Positions 37,801 to 49,800 of a stretch of DNA of 64,000 nt are shown here, in pieces. The number at the start of each line of letters is the position of its first letter. Within the stretch, counting starts at the first letter, position 1. Under the pieces are notes generated by a model, which worked only from the letters and a program-made list of their open reading frames with translations, was not told the DNA's origin and did no database searches. Origin of the DNA: Balanoglossus misakiensis (taxonomy: Eukaryota; Animalia; Hemichordata). The stretch spans positions 11,177,309-11,241,308 of the forward strand of contig CM082591.2 in NCBI GenBank assembly GCA_040954595.2, read 5' to 3'. The position numbers and the translations under genes are program-made.

Positions 37801-40800
37801 CGGCCATACAGCCGCATCCTCTGACATTGTGTCTCACACAGCGAACGATGACCCACCGTTCTCGTCCACTTCAAACATTGTAACAATTCCTCCGATTCTG
37901 CTTCGCCTCTGACATCGCGGTATTTTATCATTCCGTCGAGCACTTCCCCCTCTTCGGAATTTTCTTCAAACTGTGCCCAAGAAGGTCTCTACACGCCGTC
38001 GCGTCGTCATGGACCTCAACTTTCCAGAACTCATCATTCCGTCGAGCACTTCCCCCTCTTCGGAATTTTCTTCAAACGTGCCCAAGAAGGTCTCTACACG
38101 CCGTCGCGTCGTCATGGACCTCAGCTTTCCAGTACTCTTCTGTCAATCTCCGGCCATACAGCCGTATCATCAAAACATCCTGTCCACTTCTACTACACGG
38201 ATTTTCATAGCCTCCGTCACCGTCTAACGTTAACATTGGTCACTTACATCAAAGAATACTCCGCCCATACAGCCGCATCACAGACATTTCGTCCTATGTA
38301 ACGGTACCTCAGCATATCTTCAGATGATGCGTATCGATTCATCGCACTGCAGTTCCGGCCGAACTCCAGCTGGACCCCTTACAACTAGACCATTCCCCAT
38401 TGGGATTGTGGTCCCCTCCTCAACTCTACCAAAGGACTCTATCCGCCGACGTGTCGTCATGATCTCAGCTTTTCAGGTCGCTTCCTCGCGAAGGCAGCTC
38501 ACCCGATGTTCCCGAAAGTTTTCACGTAAAATTGTCGTACGCATCTCATTTCTCATTAATTGTTCAGGACGAGGACACGGTTGATTGTTATACACAGAGT
38601 TTTACCCCGACCGCCTCAAAACTTTTCCTTGACCCCACAGATTACAGTCTTCTGGGTTTTTCACAGCATCATTTGTTCGTTTGTTTTTTCAACAGTCAAT
38701 GTCACTTATTCAGGTCGCTCACGAGACCTCCACATGCTTTAATATTTGTGAGAGCCAGGGATAGTACCTGCACTCATTAGTTTGGACCTCAAGTCGCACA
38801 TTTTCAGGGTCAGGATCACCATATCCGCTTACCTGAACATTTTAACAGATGGCATATCTCACACCGTCACAGTTTTTCCTTTCTTGAGCTCACTTATAGT
38901 TTTCATGTGACAGAAGTGACAGTGTCAGTCACCTCTCTCACCAATTTTCATTCTGAGCTGTTCAGGTTCACCACGCACCTAACCTTTACTGCGTAGGAAT
39001 GTAATCGTAGTTAAGACTCCCTTTCTAATTTCAGGTTCGTTCACCATGGCTTACTCTTCATCAACAAACAGCAGTTTTGTACGTTTCGCATTGGCCACAG
39101 GGACAGTTCCTCTTTGTTCGGTCATTTTCTCGGCTTCAAGCCAACAACGGCCGCAACACATGTTTTTTCAATGTTTTTTTATCTTTTCTCTCGTTCACTC
39201 ACTACAGTTTACTCGCCGAAATTTTTCTGCAGTGTTAGGCATCTTTATTGCAAGTTACTCGACCGCTGTATTTTTTACGGGCTGATGGGAACTCCCTGAA
39301 TGCTTCCCCCCCCCCCTCTGGCTTGGCGGCTTGGTGCTGGTTTTGTCAAACTCTTTCATTTGCATATTAAAGACAAGACACGCAGCCCAGAAGACAGTGT
39401 CAATGGGCAAGGCGAAGTTAAGTTGTCTGTGAATACCTAACAGCAAAGCCGGGGTAATAGGAAGTTTACTAACAACCGTGGTACCTTTCTGCTTAGCAAT
39501 GCCTTTTAACAAAATAGACAGAAACCAATTGTCCTGGAGCGGATTAGGGAACCCATGTTCCCGGTGAAGAATACGAATGACATTCAAATACTGTTTAATG
39601 GAGCTAAACTTTAAACGCCGTGCAAGAAAAGCAGTGTACCTACAAATCATCACAGACGTAGCAGGTAAAGGGGGGTAGCCCATCTTTACACAAAAGCTAA
39701 TGTACGATTTCCAGTGTGTTGAATATGTACGCTTAGTGTTGTGTGCATATGCTGATCCTCGGAATGCTGCCACTTCACAGTCGAGCTGTTCTTCCAACTT
39801 TGTGATTTCTGGATCTGTGGAAGAAGAAATTTGAAAGCATTGTGGCCCATGTGAATGGGCATACTAGCCAAAGTATCATGGGGGCTAACGGCACCATCTG
39901 GATGAAGTAATGTGTGCAAACGAAGAAACTGGCCGGGTTGATGCAGGCGGGATATGGCATCTGGAATGCAGTTAGCTTTACCTGGAACATAAATTGCTTG
40001 AATATGAAAGTTGTATGTGGCAGACAACCAAAAGATGGAGCGAAGCACTGACATAACAAAAGGGTGGCGACAAGTACCCTTGTTAAAGGGACAAAGTCTC
40101 TCTCTCGCTGGCCATTTTCCATTAATTATGTTTGATACAACACACTGTTTATATTAATGTACATGTCGATATATAGTGAATCGACATTCGACCACACACA
40201 ACTTCCATCTCGTTTGTAGGATATGAGAGTAAAAACTCGCCCAAAATGAATAAATGGTAAAGAACGATTATTCATTTTGGCGAGTTTTTTCACTCTCCTG
40301 TCTATAAGAGGGGTGGAAGTTGTGTGTGGTTGAACGTTCATTCACTATATATCCACATGTAGAATAACAAACGTTGTCTCTTATCAAATATAATTAATGG
40401 AAAAAAAGGGCAGCGAGAGAGAGACTTTGTCCCTTTAAGAATGCCCCGAGCGGCCATACTATCAGTATGAAGGACAACTCTGTGATTAGACCAGAATGGG
40501 ACCCACCTCATAGCTGCAAGGGCAACAGCCAGCACTTCCTGGTAATTAATATGTAAATGTGAAGTCTGAGGCCAATCAGCCCAGCGAGCGTAAACCCAGT
40601 CACCCCGAAAATAAGCCCCCGCTGCAGTTTTACTGGCATCCGTATGTACGTCAGTGATAGGGCAAGTATTGAGAATAGGACAACACCCATTAAATTGGGG
40701 CAAGAAAGCAAGCCACCATTCTAAATCTGCGTTAAACTCTTGCCCTAGGATGAGTTTATGAGACGGCTGGCGCAGGCAATTGATGCAATCAAGAATTCGT

Positions 40801-43800
40801 CGAAGGAAACTTCTACCTCCATGAATAACCTGACAAGCCCAATTTAATTTCCCAGCAAGGGATTGCAATTGGCGGCGATACGCACGCTTCTTAGAGCGAA
40901 ATGACAGCAGCAATGTGTAAAGCTCTTCTAGCTTTGTCGGCGGCAGCGCTAAAGTGAAATTACAAGTGTCGATGAGTATGCCCAAAAACACCAGTTTTTG
41001 AGTTAGACCTTCCACCTTACTCCAGGCAATGGAAAACCCCAATTTCCGTAACAATGCAATAAGGGTATTCAACGCAGTCTGACATTCAAGATAAGAGTCG
41101 GCAATGATAAGGAAGTCATCAAGATAAACTACAAGGCAGTCAACGCCCTTGCGCCGCATTATCCTGCGAACGGACTGAGTGAGGCGATGAAAAATAATTG
41201 GCGCTTTCTTAGCCCCAAAGGGCAGACGCGTATCATACATGTAAGTGGGGCTGTTAGTATGGGAAAACTGCCATTTCAAACCTGTGGCCTCATAGTTTGA
41301 AGGATGTATCCGCACGGAGCGGTAGGCGGACTTTAAGTCCACTTTCGCAAGGAAAGAACCTGGCTTAATCAACTTTGTGGCATCACGAAGCGTCTGGAAA
41401 GAAAAGGCGGGATTAGAGGCATAATCGTTAACTGCCCTGTTAGGGGGCTGGCTGCAATCATGAATTAATCTCACATCTGAGGAATGAGGCTTGGGAACCG
41501 CACCCAGGGCACTTACAATGGTAGGCTTATTATTAGTGACCCAGTAACGGCCTTCTTCTCACTCAGTAAAAATTTGTGCCTCTACCCGTTCCCGACAGTC
41601 ACTGTTGGTGGCAGACTTGTAATTATTGGTTTCTGCACATTTGATATCAGAGCCTGGATCGATTATATGGAAACCATGCTGTACGCCATCTAGAATAAAC
41701 TCCTTATCAGGGTCCCTGGGGTCAATTTCCTCCTCCCACGCAGTGTAATTGAGGGCGGCAGGGAAGGGAGGAGGGTCTGGCAAGAAAGGCTTTACTGTGG
41801 GGGTTGAATGATGCCCTGGGGCACCCCCCCTGTCAAGTTTGGGTGATTAATTTTGGCATGAGTTTGTTTGCACTCCATACAAATGTGGCTGTACGTACAC
41901 TTTGCACCAAATTTGCATTCACCTCGGTTGAACCCAATGCAAATGGGTCGGCCAGTTTTAGCATCTGTGGGGGATACCGCATGTGATTTACTCTATTTGG
42001 CTTGAGACTCATGGGGCTTATTATTCTTATGCTGACTGACTATTTTGTCTCTGAGGTAGACGGTAGACAAATGCTGAGAATCAGTGCCCCAAGGTAGGTT
42101 ATAAGCAGCTTGAAGCTGTCGGTATTCCCTGTCAAAATGTAAAACTGACACCCATTCATAGCGATCAGCAAGCTGGCAAACTTTAATTGTGTATGCCAAG
42201 TATTGCTGGACCTGTACCATATTATAGTTATGTTTGGAAATAAGTTCAAACAGAATACGGGAGCTAGCTGCAGCCCACTGCTGAGCAGTGACGGAACTTA
42301 GCTTAGGTTTGGCAGGGCCCGACTCTAAAATAAGTTTGCTATCGCCTTCTGAAAATGCTAGCACTTGTTGGCCCATCTTAGCATGTAAAGAGCTAGGTAC
42401 ATAATCCACAACGTCAAAGTAGGCCAAACCTTGCATTGTTTTAGGTTTTAAGTAAACGAAAGGGTCCAAATCCATTCGGTGCGGTAGCTCTGCGTACAGG
42501 TCTGTGTGTTCCCGGCGTTACACGGCCTCCACCCACAGCCCTGCAAGGCGCCATAAAAAAACTGGTGCTTCTGCGGTCCGGATCCGGACCGCAGTTTTTT
42601 CGGCCGAAATTCGATTTTATCGAAGCAAAATCCTTTCCCTGTCTACTTCTGCCTCCTAACCGACTCCAAATATGATGCGATTAACTTGTCCTAACGTCCG
42701 AACCGCTCGCTTTCTAAAACTTTTATGTCGGGGTCGACAATTTGGAAGCCATGTTCAATCCCGTCAAGAATAAAATCTTTGTCTGGGTCATTGGGGCAAA
42801 TTTCATCAACCCAGGCTTCATAACGCAAGGCTGATGGGAGGGGAGGGGGGGTGGGCAGGTCAGTTACCCTTGAAGGGGCTTGTTCTCGCTCTTTGGGTCC
42901 CCCCCTGACAAGTTTGGGTGGTTGATTTTGGGATGGGGTTTCTTGCAGTCTAAACAGATGTGGCTGTAAGTACATTTGACCCCGTACTTGCAGTCCCCTT
43001 TATTGAAACCGATACAAATGGGACGTCCTGTTTTTGCATCAACAGGGGCCGCTGAAGGAGACTTTCCATGTTTGGCCTGAGATGACCCACGGGCTTTGTT
43101 TTGCACTACCCCTTTATCCCTCAAATAAACGGTGGAAAGATGTTGGGAGTCTGTTCCCCATGGCAAATTATAGGCCGATTGCAGTTTGCGGAATTCCCTA
43201 TCATAGTGCAAAACAGACACCCATTCGTATCGGTCTGCCAATTGACATACTTTAATGGTATACGCTAAATATTCCTGCACTTGATTGAGATTATAACTAT
43301 GCTTGGAAATGAATTCATACAAAATGCGTGAGTTGGCCGCAGCCCATTGCTGAGGGGTCACTGACCCCAATTTGGGTTTTGCTGGCCCCGATTCGAAAAC
43401 TAGTTTGTTATCTCCCTCTCCAACGGCCAACACTTGTTGCTCGACCTTCGCCTGGAGAGAACTTGGCACATAGTCAACAATGTCATAAAATTTCAAACCT
43501 GCCATAGGCTAGTTATATTTTGCGAAACAACGAAACAGCGAAACGAAACAGCGAAACGACGAAACCATTATTAAAATAGGGGCCAGTCATCAAGACGGTG
43601 GCGTATTATTATTTTAAAAGTTTCCAAATAAGTTCCTGGTCTGCGGCCTGGTACTAGTGGTTGCGCGCCAAAAAAGAATCCCGCCCCAAAAGGTCAATGT
43701 ACGAGTATATTCACAGGGCTAAGGATTAGTTGAAACAAAGCAGTAGTGTCCGTAAGCTTTCGAGGGTCAAACACTGATGGGGGGTAAGAGTAGTAGTTAT

Positions 43801-46800
43801 ATATAGAAACACATGTAACTCACACAACACAGTATCATTGTCGAAATTTCTTTATTATCTTAATTGCAATTCATGCCTCCCCGCCTTGTGGTATTTAAGG
43901 AAATAGTGTCAGTTGCTGCCGCATTTTGAGGTTTCGATCTTTTGTGGTTTCGTTGTGCGCGCGCGTATATTCACTGTGTATATGTAGCAGTTTGGCATGA
44001 ATCGTTTGCGCGCACACGACGTCGACTCTACTACTACATAGTACCAGGCCGCAGACCAGGAACTGGCGACCCGCCGTTTGTTTCCAACGCCAAATTCTAA
44101 TGTTGAATTTCTGAGAAAACAATTTATCTGACCTGTAGTTTTCTTGGCTCGCTTACGTTTTAATTTGGAAACTTTAAAAAAAATCATACGCCACCGTCTT
44201 GATGACTGGCCCCTATTTTAATAATGGTTTCGTCGTTTCGCTGTTTCGTTTCGCTGTTTCGTTGTTTCGCAAAGTATAACTAGCCCTGCCATAGACGCTG
44301 GTTTTAAGTACACCATGGGCTCCAAGTCCATGCGTTGAGGAATCTTCCGAGGTAGACTCGGTTCATTGTTCAGGGATCCCGCGTTGATATTCAATGCTTG
44401 AAGCAGCGAGTCCAGTCCAAGTTCCCCCTGTTGTAACTGTTCGAGGTCAGCCGTGGCGCTCGGTGCACTTGCTTCCTTGGCGTTGGGCGTACTGGGGGCC
44501 GCCATGTTGACTGAGTGTTGTTGTCCGACTGCAGCCTGCGAGGGCGCGCGTTTCCGGCCTGCGGTTTGGGTGGCCTCACCGGTATCTCCCGCCACATCTG
44601 CCCGTCGGGCGGCCTGGCGTGTCTGCGATGCAAGATCCATAAGTGCCGCGTCCAACTGCCGGAGCTGGGCAAGAGGGGAAATCTTCATCAAGTACAAATC
44701 GTCGTGTTGAATCAACCTCACCGCCCGCATTGTAGTGAAACCGTTGATCGCTAAGATGTTCAGAGTTGGTAATAAAATCCCGTTTTCGTTGGCCCAGTTC
44801 CGTACTTCAACATGTACGTCCGGCACGGACACCGATTCACCAGGCATGACATGCGCGGGCACTGCAGCTGAGCCAGCGATTTTCGGGGCCGCCACTGTCC
44901 TGTCCGTAGGAAGCGATTGGGGCTCCCTGGTCATTGCCATGTTTCTCTCCAGTCCGGCAAAAAGTATATAACAGTCACAAAATCGGGGGAGCGTAGCACA
45001 ATCCTAAAGTCTCGCTATCTGTGGAAAACGTTTAGGGCTAGTCACGGGGTACCTGATGAACTGCTTCAGGTATTGTAAAAGCAAAACGTACCGCTAAAAA
45101 CGTCCAGGTCGGTGTTAAATGTCGCTTGACATAACAGAGCTTCAAAGCGTCCCGTGTCCAGCCTGTTGCTCCGCCGAATGCAAAAGTGGCAATGACCAAG
45201 CCCGGGAAACTTTCCCTCCGGCGGGCTTGAGGCAGCATATGATTGGCTGGCACACGGACCCCTACTGTCCCCACCGCGCCTTAAACAGCGCTCACTTAGA
45301 GCTACTCCATATTTAATATGGCGATCTCAACATGTAAACACACAAAATAAATCAAACGCGAGTGGTTCGGACGTTAGGACAAGTTAATCGCATCATATTT
45401 GGAGTCGGTTAGGAGGTAGAAGTAGACAGGGAAAGGATTTTGTTTCGATAAAATCGAATTTCGGCCGAAAAAGCTGCGGTCCGGATCCGGACCGCAGAAG
45501 CACCAGTTTTTTCTATGGCGCCTTGCAGGGCTGTGGCTGGAGGCCGTGTAATGCCGGGAACACACAGACCTGTACGCAGAGCTATCGGTGCGGCTGCTGC
45601 AGTGGAGATGAAGGCATAGTACTAGAGTTATTGTTCAATGTCCCTTCATTTAAATTTAGCGCCTGGAGAAGAGAGTCCAAACCAATGCTGGAGTGGTTGT
45701 CCGATCGGCCAGGAGGTTGGGTGTCTTCCGTCTTCATCGATGATCCCGTCGCCCCGCTGGTGGTACATTGTACTCGGAGAACAGGAGGCCGCCATGTTGA
45801 GTTGTTTATCGAACGGCGCCCTCTGTTGGTCAGCATGTCCGCGATTACTTGCCTCGCTGGCTGTGGGGGTACGCTGGCCAGCCAAAAGTTTCAGGGCAGC
45901 TTCCAGATGACGAAGTTGAGCGAGAGGCGAAATCCGCAGTAACAATAAGTCCTCGTAGTGTAAAAGCTTCATCGAAGACATGTTAGTAAACCCGTTGATG
46001 GCTAAGGTGTGAAGTGTCAATGATGTGATGCCATTCTGCTCGGCCCATAGTTGCACTTCAACATCAGGTGTCTGCACTTCAGCGTCCGGTGTCGGCACCG
46101 AGCTGATGATCGCTGGGTCAACTTGCTCCATCTTACCACAGATGGAGAACCAACGGGAAAGGGGGAAATCAGAAATTCTGGCGTCCGGTGAAAGCGGGAA
46201 GATAACTTCCAGCAAAGAGCTGAGTGGGGCGCAACACTCACACTGGCTGTTCCCGCTCGAATGAGCGACGGGACTTTTCCCTCCTCCTGAGGATGAGTAA
46301 CTAAGGCGGTGATTGGTTAAATAAAGAGGGAAAGGCGATTGGCGGAAATGCCACCTCGTCCTCAGCCGATTTAAACCTCGCTCAATGAGAGCTATACCTT
46401 TGCCAAGTTTCCGCCAATCCTCGAGTGTGTTGCATTATGTTCCTTCCCATCAGCCCACTCGCTTTCATACATTTCCACAGTTTGAGTATCTCATGTGTAT
46501 TTGGCATGCGACAGCAATTTACTCACTACACATGGGTTTTCCTGTACTATTCCTATATCAGTGGAGTTCCAGAGAGGGCAGCCACTAATTTAGGCCCAAC
46601 CCCTTGGGTGTAATTTGGGGCGCCCTCTATGTAGTGGGGCTTCCCGCCTTCCGCAGAGAAGTTGCTACATTTGTAGGGCTTCCGCCATCTTGCAGAGTTA
46701 CTGGAGCAGTCGCTCGCTCAACACCCCACCCACCACTACCCATGGCATTTCCTTGTATGTTTGTTTACTTTCTTTATTTACCCTTTGTTCACATGGGTTA

Positions 46801-49800
46801 TTAGTGATTGGTGCTGGTTTTGTCAAACTCTTTCATTTGCATATTAAAGATTTTGCCAAGTTTCCGCCAATCCTCGAGTGTGTTGCATTCTGTTCCTTCC
46901 CATCAGCCCACTCGCTTTCATACATTTCCACAGTTTGAGTATCTCATGTGTATTTGGCATGCGACAGCAATTTACTCACTACACATGGGTTTTCCTGTAC
47001 TATTCCTATATCAGTGGAGTTCCAGAGAGGGCAGCCACTAATTAATTGTGAAAGAGTACAAATGCGTGTCTGTTGTAACATCTATAGCTTATGGATTGGT
47101 TACCACTGGATAAAAAATGTATGAATCAATTTTCAGCTCATTAAAAACTACACAGCAAATCTTCGAACTCATCTTCCAATATTCACGCATATGATATTGA
47201 ATTCCGGACTTACTTTTTTATAAATTCCCCCATCCAATACTAAATCATCGCACTTGCCGTGACAGTAGCAAGACTCCGGTATGGCCTGTGCTGAATCCGG
47301 CCAATCACGATAATCGTCTGCACCACAACATTTCAACTGAAAATAACAAGAGACAGGAAGGCATATGTTTATACAATGTTATTACGCCCGCCCGCCGTCC
47401 TTCGGACGCTCACCTCCTTCGGACGCTTCTGCGGGAAATCAGCCACGTCCGAAGGGTGACGGCGTAAATTCTCTCCATCTCCTTCTCCACCCAACATATT
47501 CATAAAGTCCGTGAGAGGTACCCGGCAGATCGTAAACCTTTCGTAGACAGAGACTTGCAACAAGTTTTCCGAGTAACACAAAGTTCTGGTTTATTACTGG
47601 TCACACGTAAGAATTACACGACTCGTTCCATGCTCGTTGACTCCCATCACGGATCTCCGGTTATAATAGTGTGATTTCAAATTTCACCACACCTTATGAA
47701 TACGTTAGTCAAGTATTAAGTCATAAAAGGAACACGTCATCTTAATATTTCTTAAACATGAACTTAGCGCGTGATATCTCTATCTCGTTCTGACATGTAT
47801 CAATTACACAATCTTGTTTACTCTGGGTCAAGTACCTATGTCAATACTGGACTAAAACCATACAAGTGAATGACTTCTTACTTAATCATAAACAAGATCT
47901 ATGATCGTTAAAACTCAATCGTGACAACAAGAACTGATAGACAAAAAAATGATACATGGATCAGCTGCAGTGCAGTACCGAGACGCTTACAGTGGAGAAT
48001 ACCTATGTGATATGATATATAACGTAGTTTAACCTTACATGCTTCTACAGTGTCTTTTTAATTTATTTGTGAATGAAAATCCCAAACACTCGTTTTGCTC
48101 TATGACGCTCTATCATTAAATACCACTGTATGCTCTGGCGAACATAGTGTTTTTAGCGTCGCCTGCTTTTCAATTGAGATTCCCTGATGTCCAGTGGCAA
48201 TGCGTTCACAGTTTTTGGGGCAGCCAATGAAAATACACAGCAACCTTAGGTTTTGTTTTTTATGTTGTACGTGTTAAGAATTTCTCGGTGGATGAACGGG
48301 GTGCACGAGTGGGAATATAAGGCTGGAGTAGATCACTTTTGCACTGATGTAACTTACCTGCTGTTGAACATAGTCCATGGCCAGTTGCGTGGCTTTGTCA
48401 ATTGGGTATTTCTCTTTCACCGTTTTTGCTGTCTCGTCTTCTATGAGTATTTCTAAATCGCTTATGTTGACGTAACCCCAGATACCAGCCGTGACTTGCA
48501 TTGAGAATATCAACAGCAAACTGATGAAAAACTGAGAGACAGTGGACAGTCAGAATCTCCCACAGAAAAGGTTTAGTCGTCTTGTCGCTCTTCGAAGCCA
48601 TACAGTTTGTGAACGCGTCCAGACGACAATTTTTCATGTGCAGAACCTAAAAACTTCCCAGCGGGCCATATCCCCTCACTGCGCGCCGCATCCCCTACCT
48701 ACGGGCCATAGACTCTGTCAACCATGTAATATCACGCTTTTTCCTATGTCACGTGGTCTCAGCCAATGAAGAGGACGAAAATCTCCAGTTACTGAAAACT
48801 CTTTGCAATTCTTGTACACGACACTTCTAATTTCTATTTTGATTTTTTATTTCTCATTTCTTCACTGTCCCTGGGTTTAAAGGTTCAATGCCTCAAATTC
48901 AAATTTAGCAACCTGAGATCCAGCCAATCACAGAGGATGGACACGCGAAAAAAGTGCGCAGCCAAGCTTTCATTCGAAGACATTTTCGACAAGCATCAAC
49001 GACCCGGCAAAAGTTGTCGACTGACGCCGTGACCGCGATTATCATCTACTAATAAAGCAGACATTTTCGCATTGTTCATTTATAGCTTGAATTGCTTTTG
49101 TTGGCTCTATGTGTATTTCTGTCGATCAGTAAACTCGATGACCGGCGGGCTAAAGTTTGATCTACGTATATTTCGGGCAGCAGAACCCTTCTCAAGTTGG
49201 GTAGAGAAATTGTACCCGTCACTAGTTATCCAGGTCGGCCGCGTGTTACGGCTGTGAGCCTGTGTTGCTATCGGCGAGTCCAATCACACGCGGTTGAAGG
49301 CACAGTTAATATAAATAACACACGGTCCCGAATCGAGCGTCGAAGCCGTCAGAGCGATCGAGCCCTCTAGTAACAACAGTGCTCATATGTAGCTAGCTGG
49401 CTGGACGATCGTTTTCGTTTTACTGGCTATAGGCTTGCTACCGGTAGCACAAATTGACGATCTGTTTATAGGATTAGCTAACGTGATAAACTGTTGCGAT
49501 TCGCGTGTGTATCTAACGTACTGTAAGTTAAACCACAGTGGTTAAACATCGCAACTAGCCTAATGTATGACTAGGAGGAGCACCTACTAATGCGAGAACC
49601 AGGGATTGAAAATTCCGCCTTTAAGGCAGTTTAACCGGATATGGGCAAATGTAAAATCGAGGTGATTGTATACGAGTAATACCGTACGAGTCAGAATGCA
49701 CCTCAAGGATTTATTTAGAACAACAAGATTTTCATTATAGCATTGAGAGTGAAAGGCACAATCTTGTTCTCATATTTTTGCTTTCGAAACAATTGGATGA

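Larger units (their letters stand above)
42485..45584. mobile_element. AcademH-like non-autonomous element (3.1 kb) carrying a retrotransposon 5' half
   Basis: About 218-bp TIRs tagctctgcgtacagg.. at 42485-42703 and 45365-45584. 9-bp TSD TCGGTGCGG at 42476-42484 and 45585-45593. Confidence 0.88.
39374..46398 (-). mobile_element. Second tyrosine-recombinase retrotransposon (element X), antisense, inserted in repeat B1 and truncated in its YR
   Basis: Gag (46131-45585 plus 42484 to about 41790), pol (41783-39686) and YR N-terminal half (39797-39374) in canonical overlapping order. B1 resumes on both sides without a TSD. Confidence 0.85.
36301..47043 (+). mobile_element. Ngaro/PAT-type tyrosine-recombinase retrotransposon with split direct repeats (outer element, decayed)
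   Basis: A1 36301-36438 equals A2 46587-46724 (138 bp). B1 (39331-39373 plus 46399-46590) matches B2 46808-47043. Order A1-ORFs-B1-A2-B2, with AATT at both ends and at the B1/A2 junction. Confidence 0.88.

Noticed and set aside
36492-37827. Antisense ORFs overlapping the outer gag
   Set aside because: Shadow ORFs of GC-rich coding sequence with no recognisable motifs.
40126-40434. C-terminus of the 378-aa RT ORF and the 71-aa ORF
   Set aside because: Read-through into the MITE. The true frame continues at 40082 once the MITE is removed.
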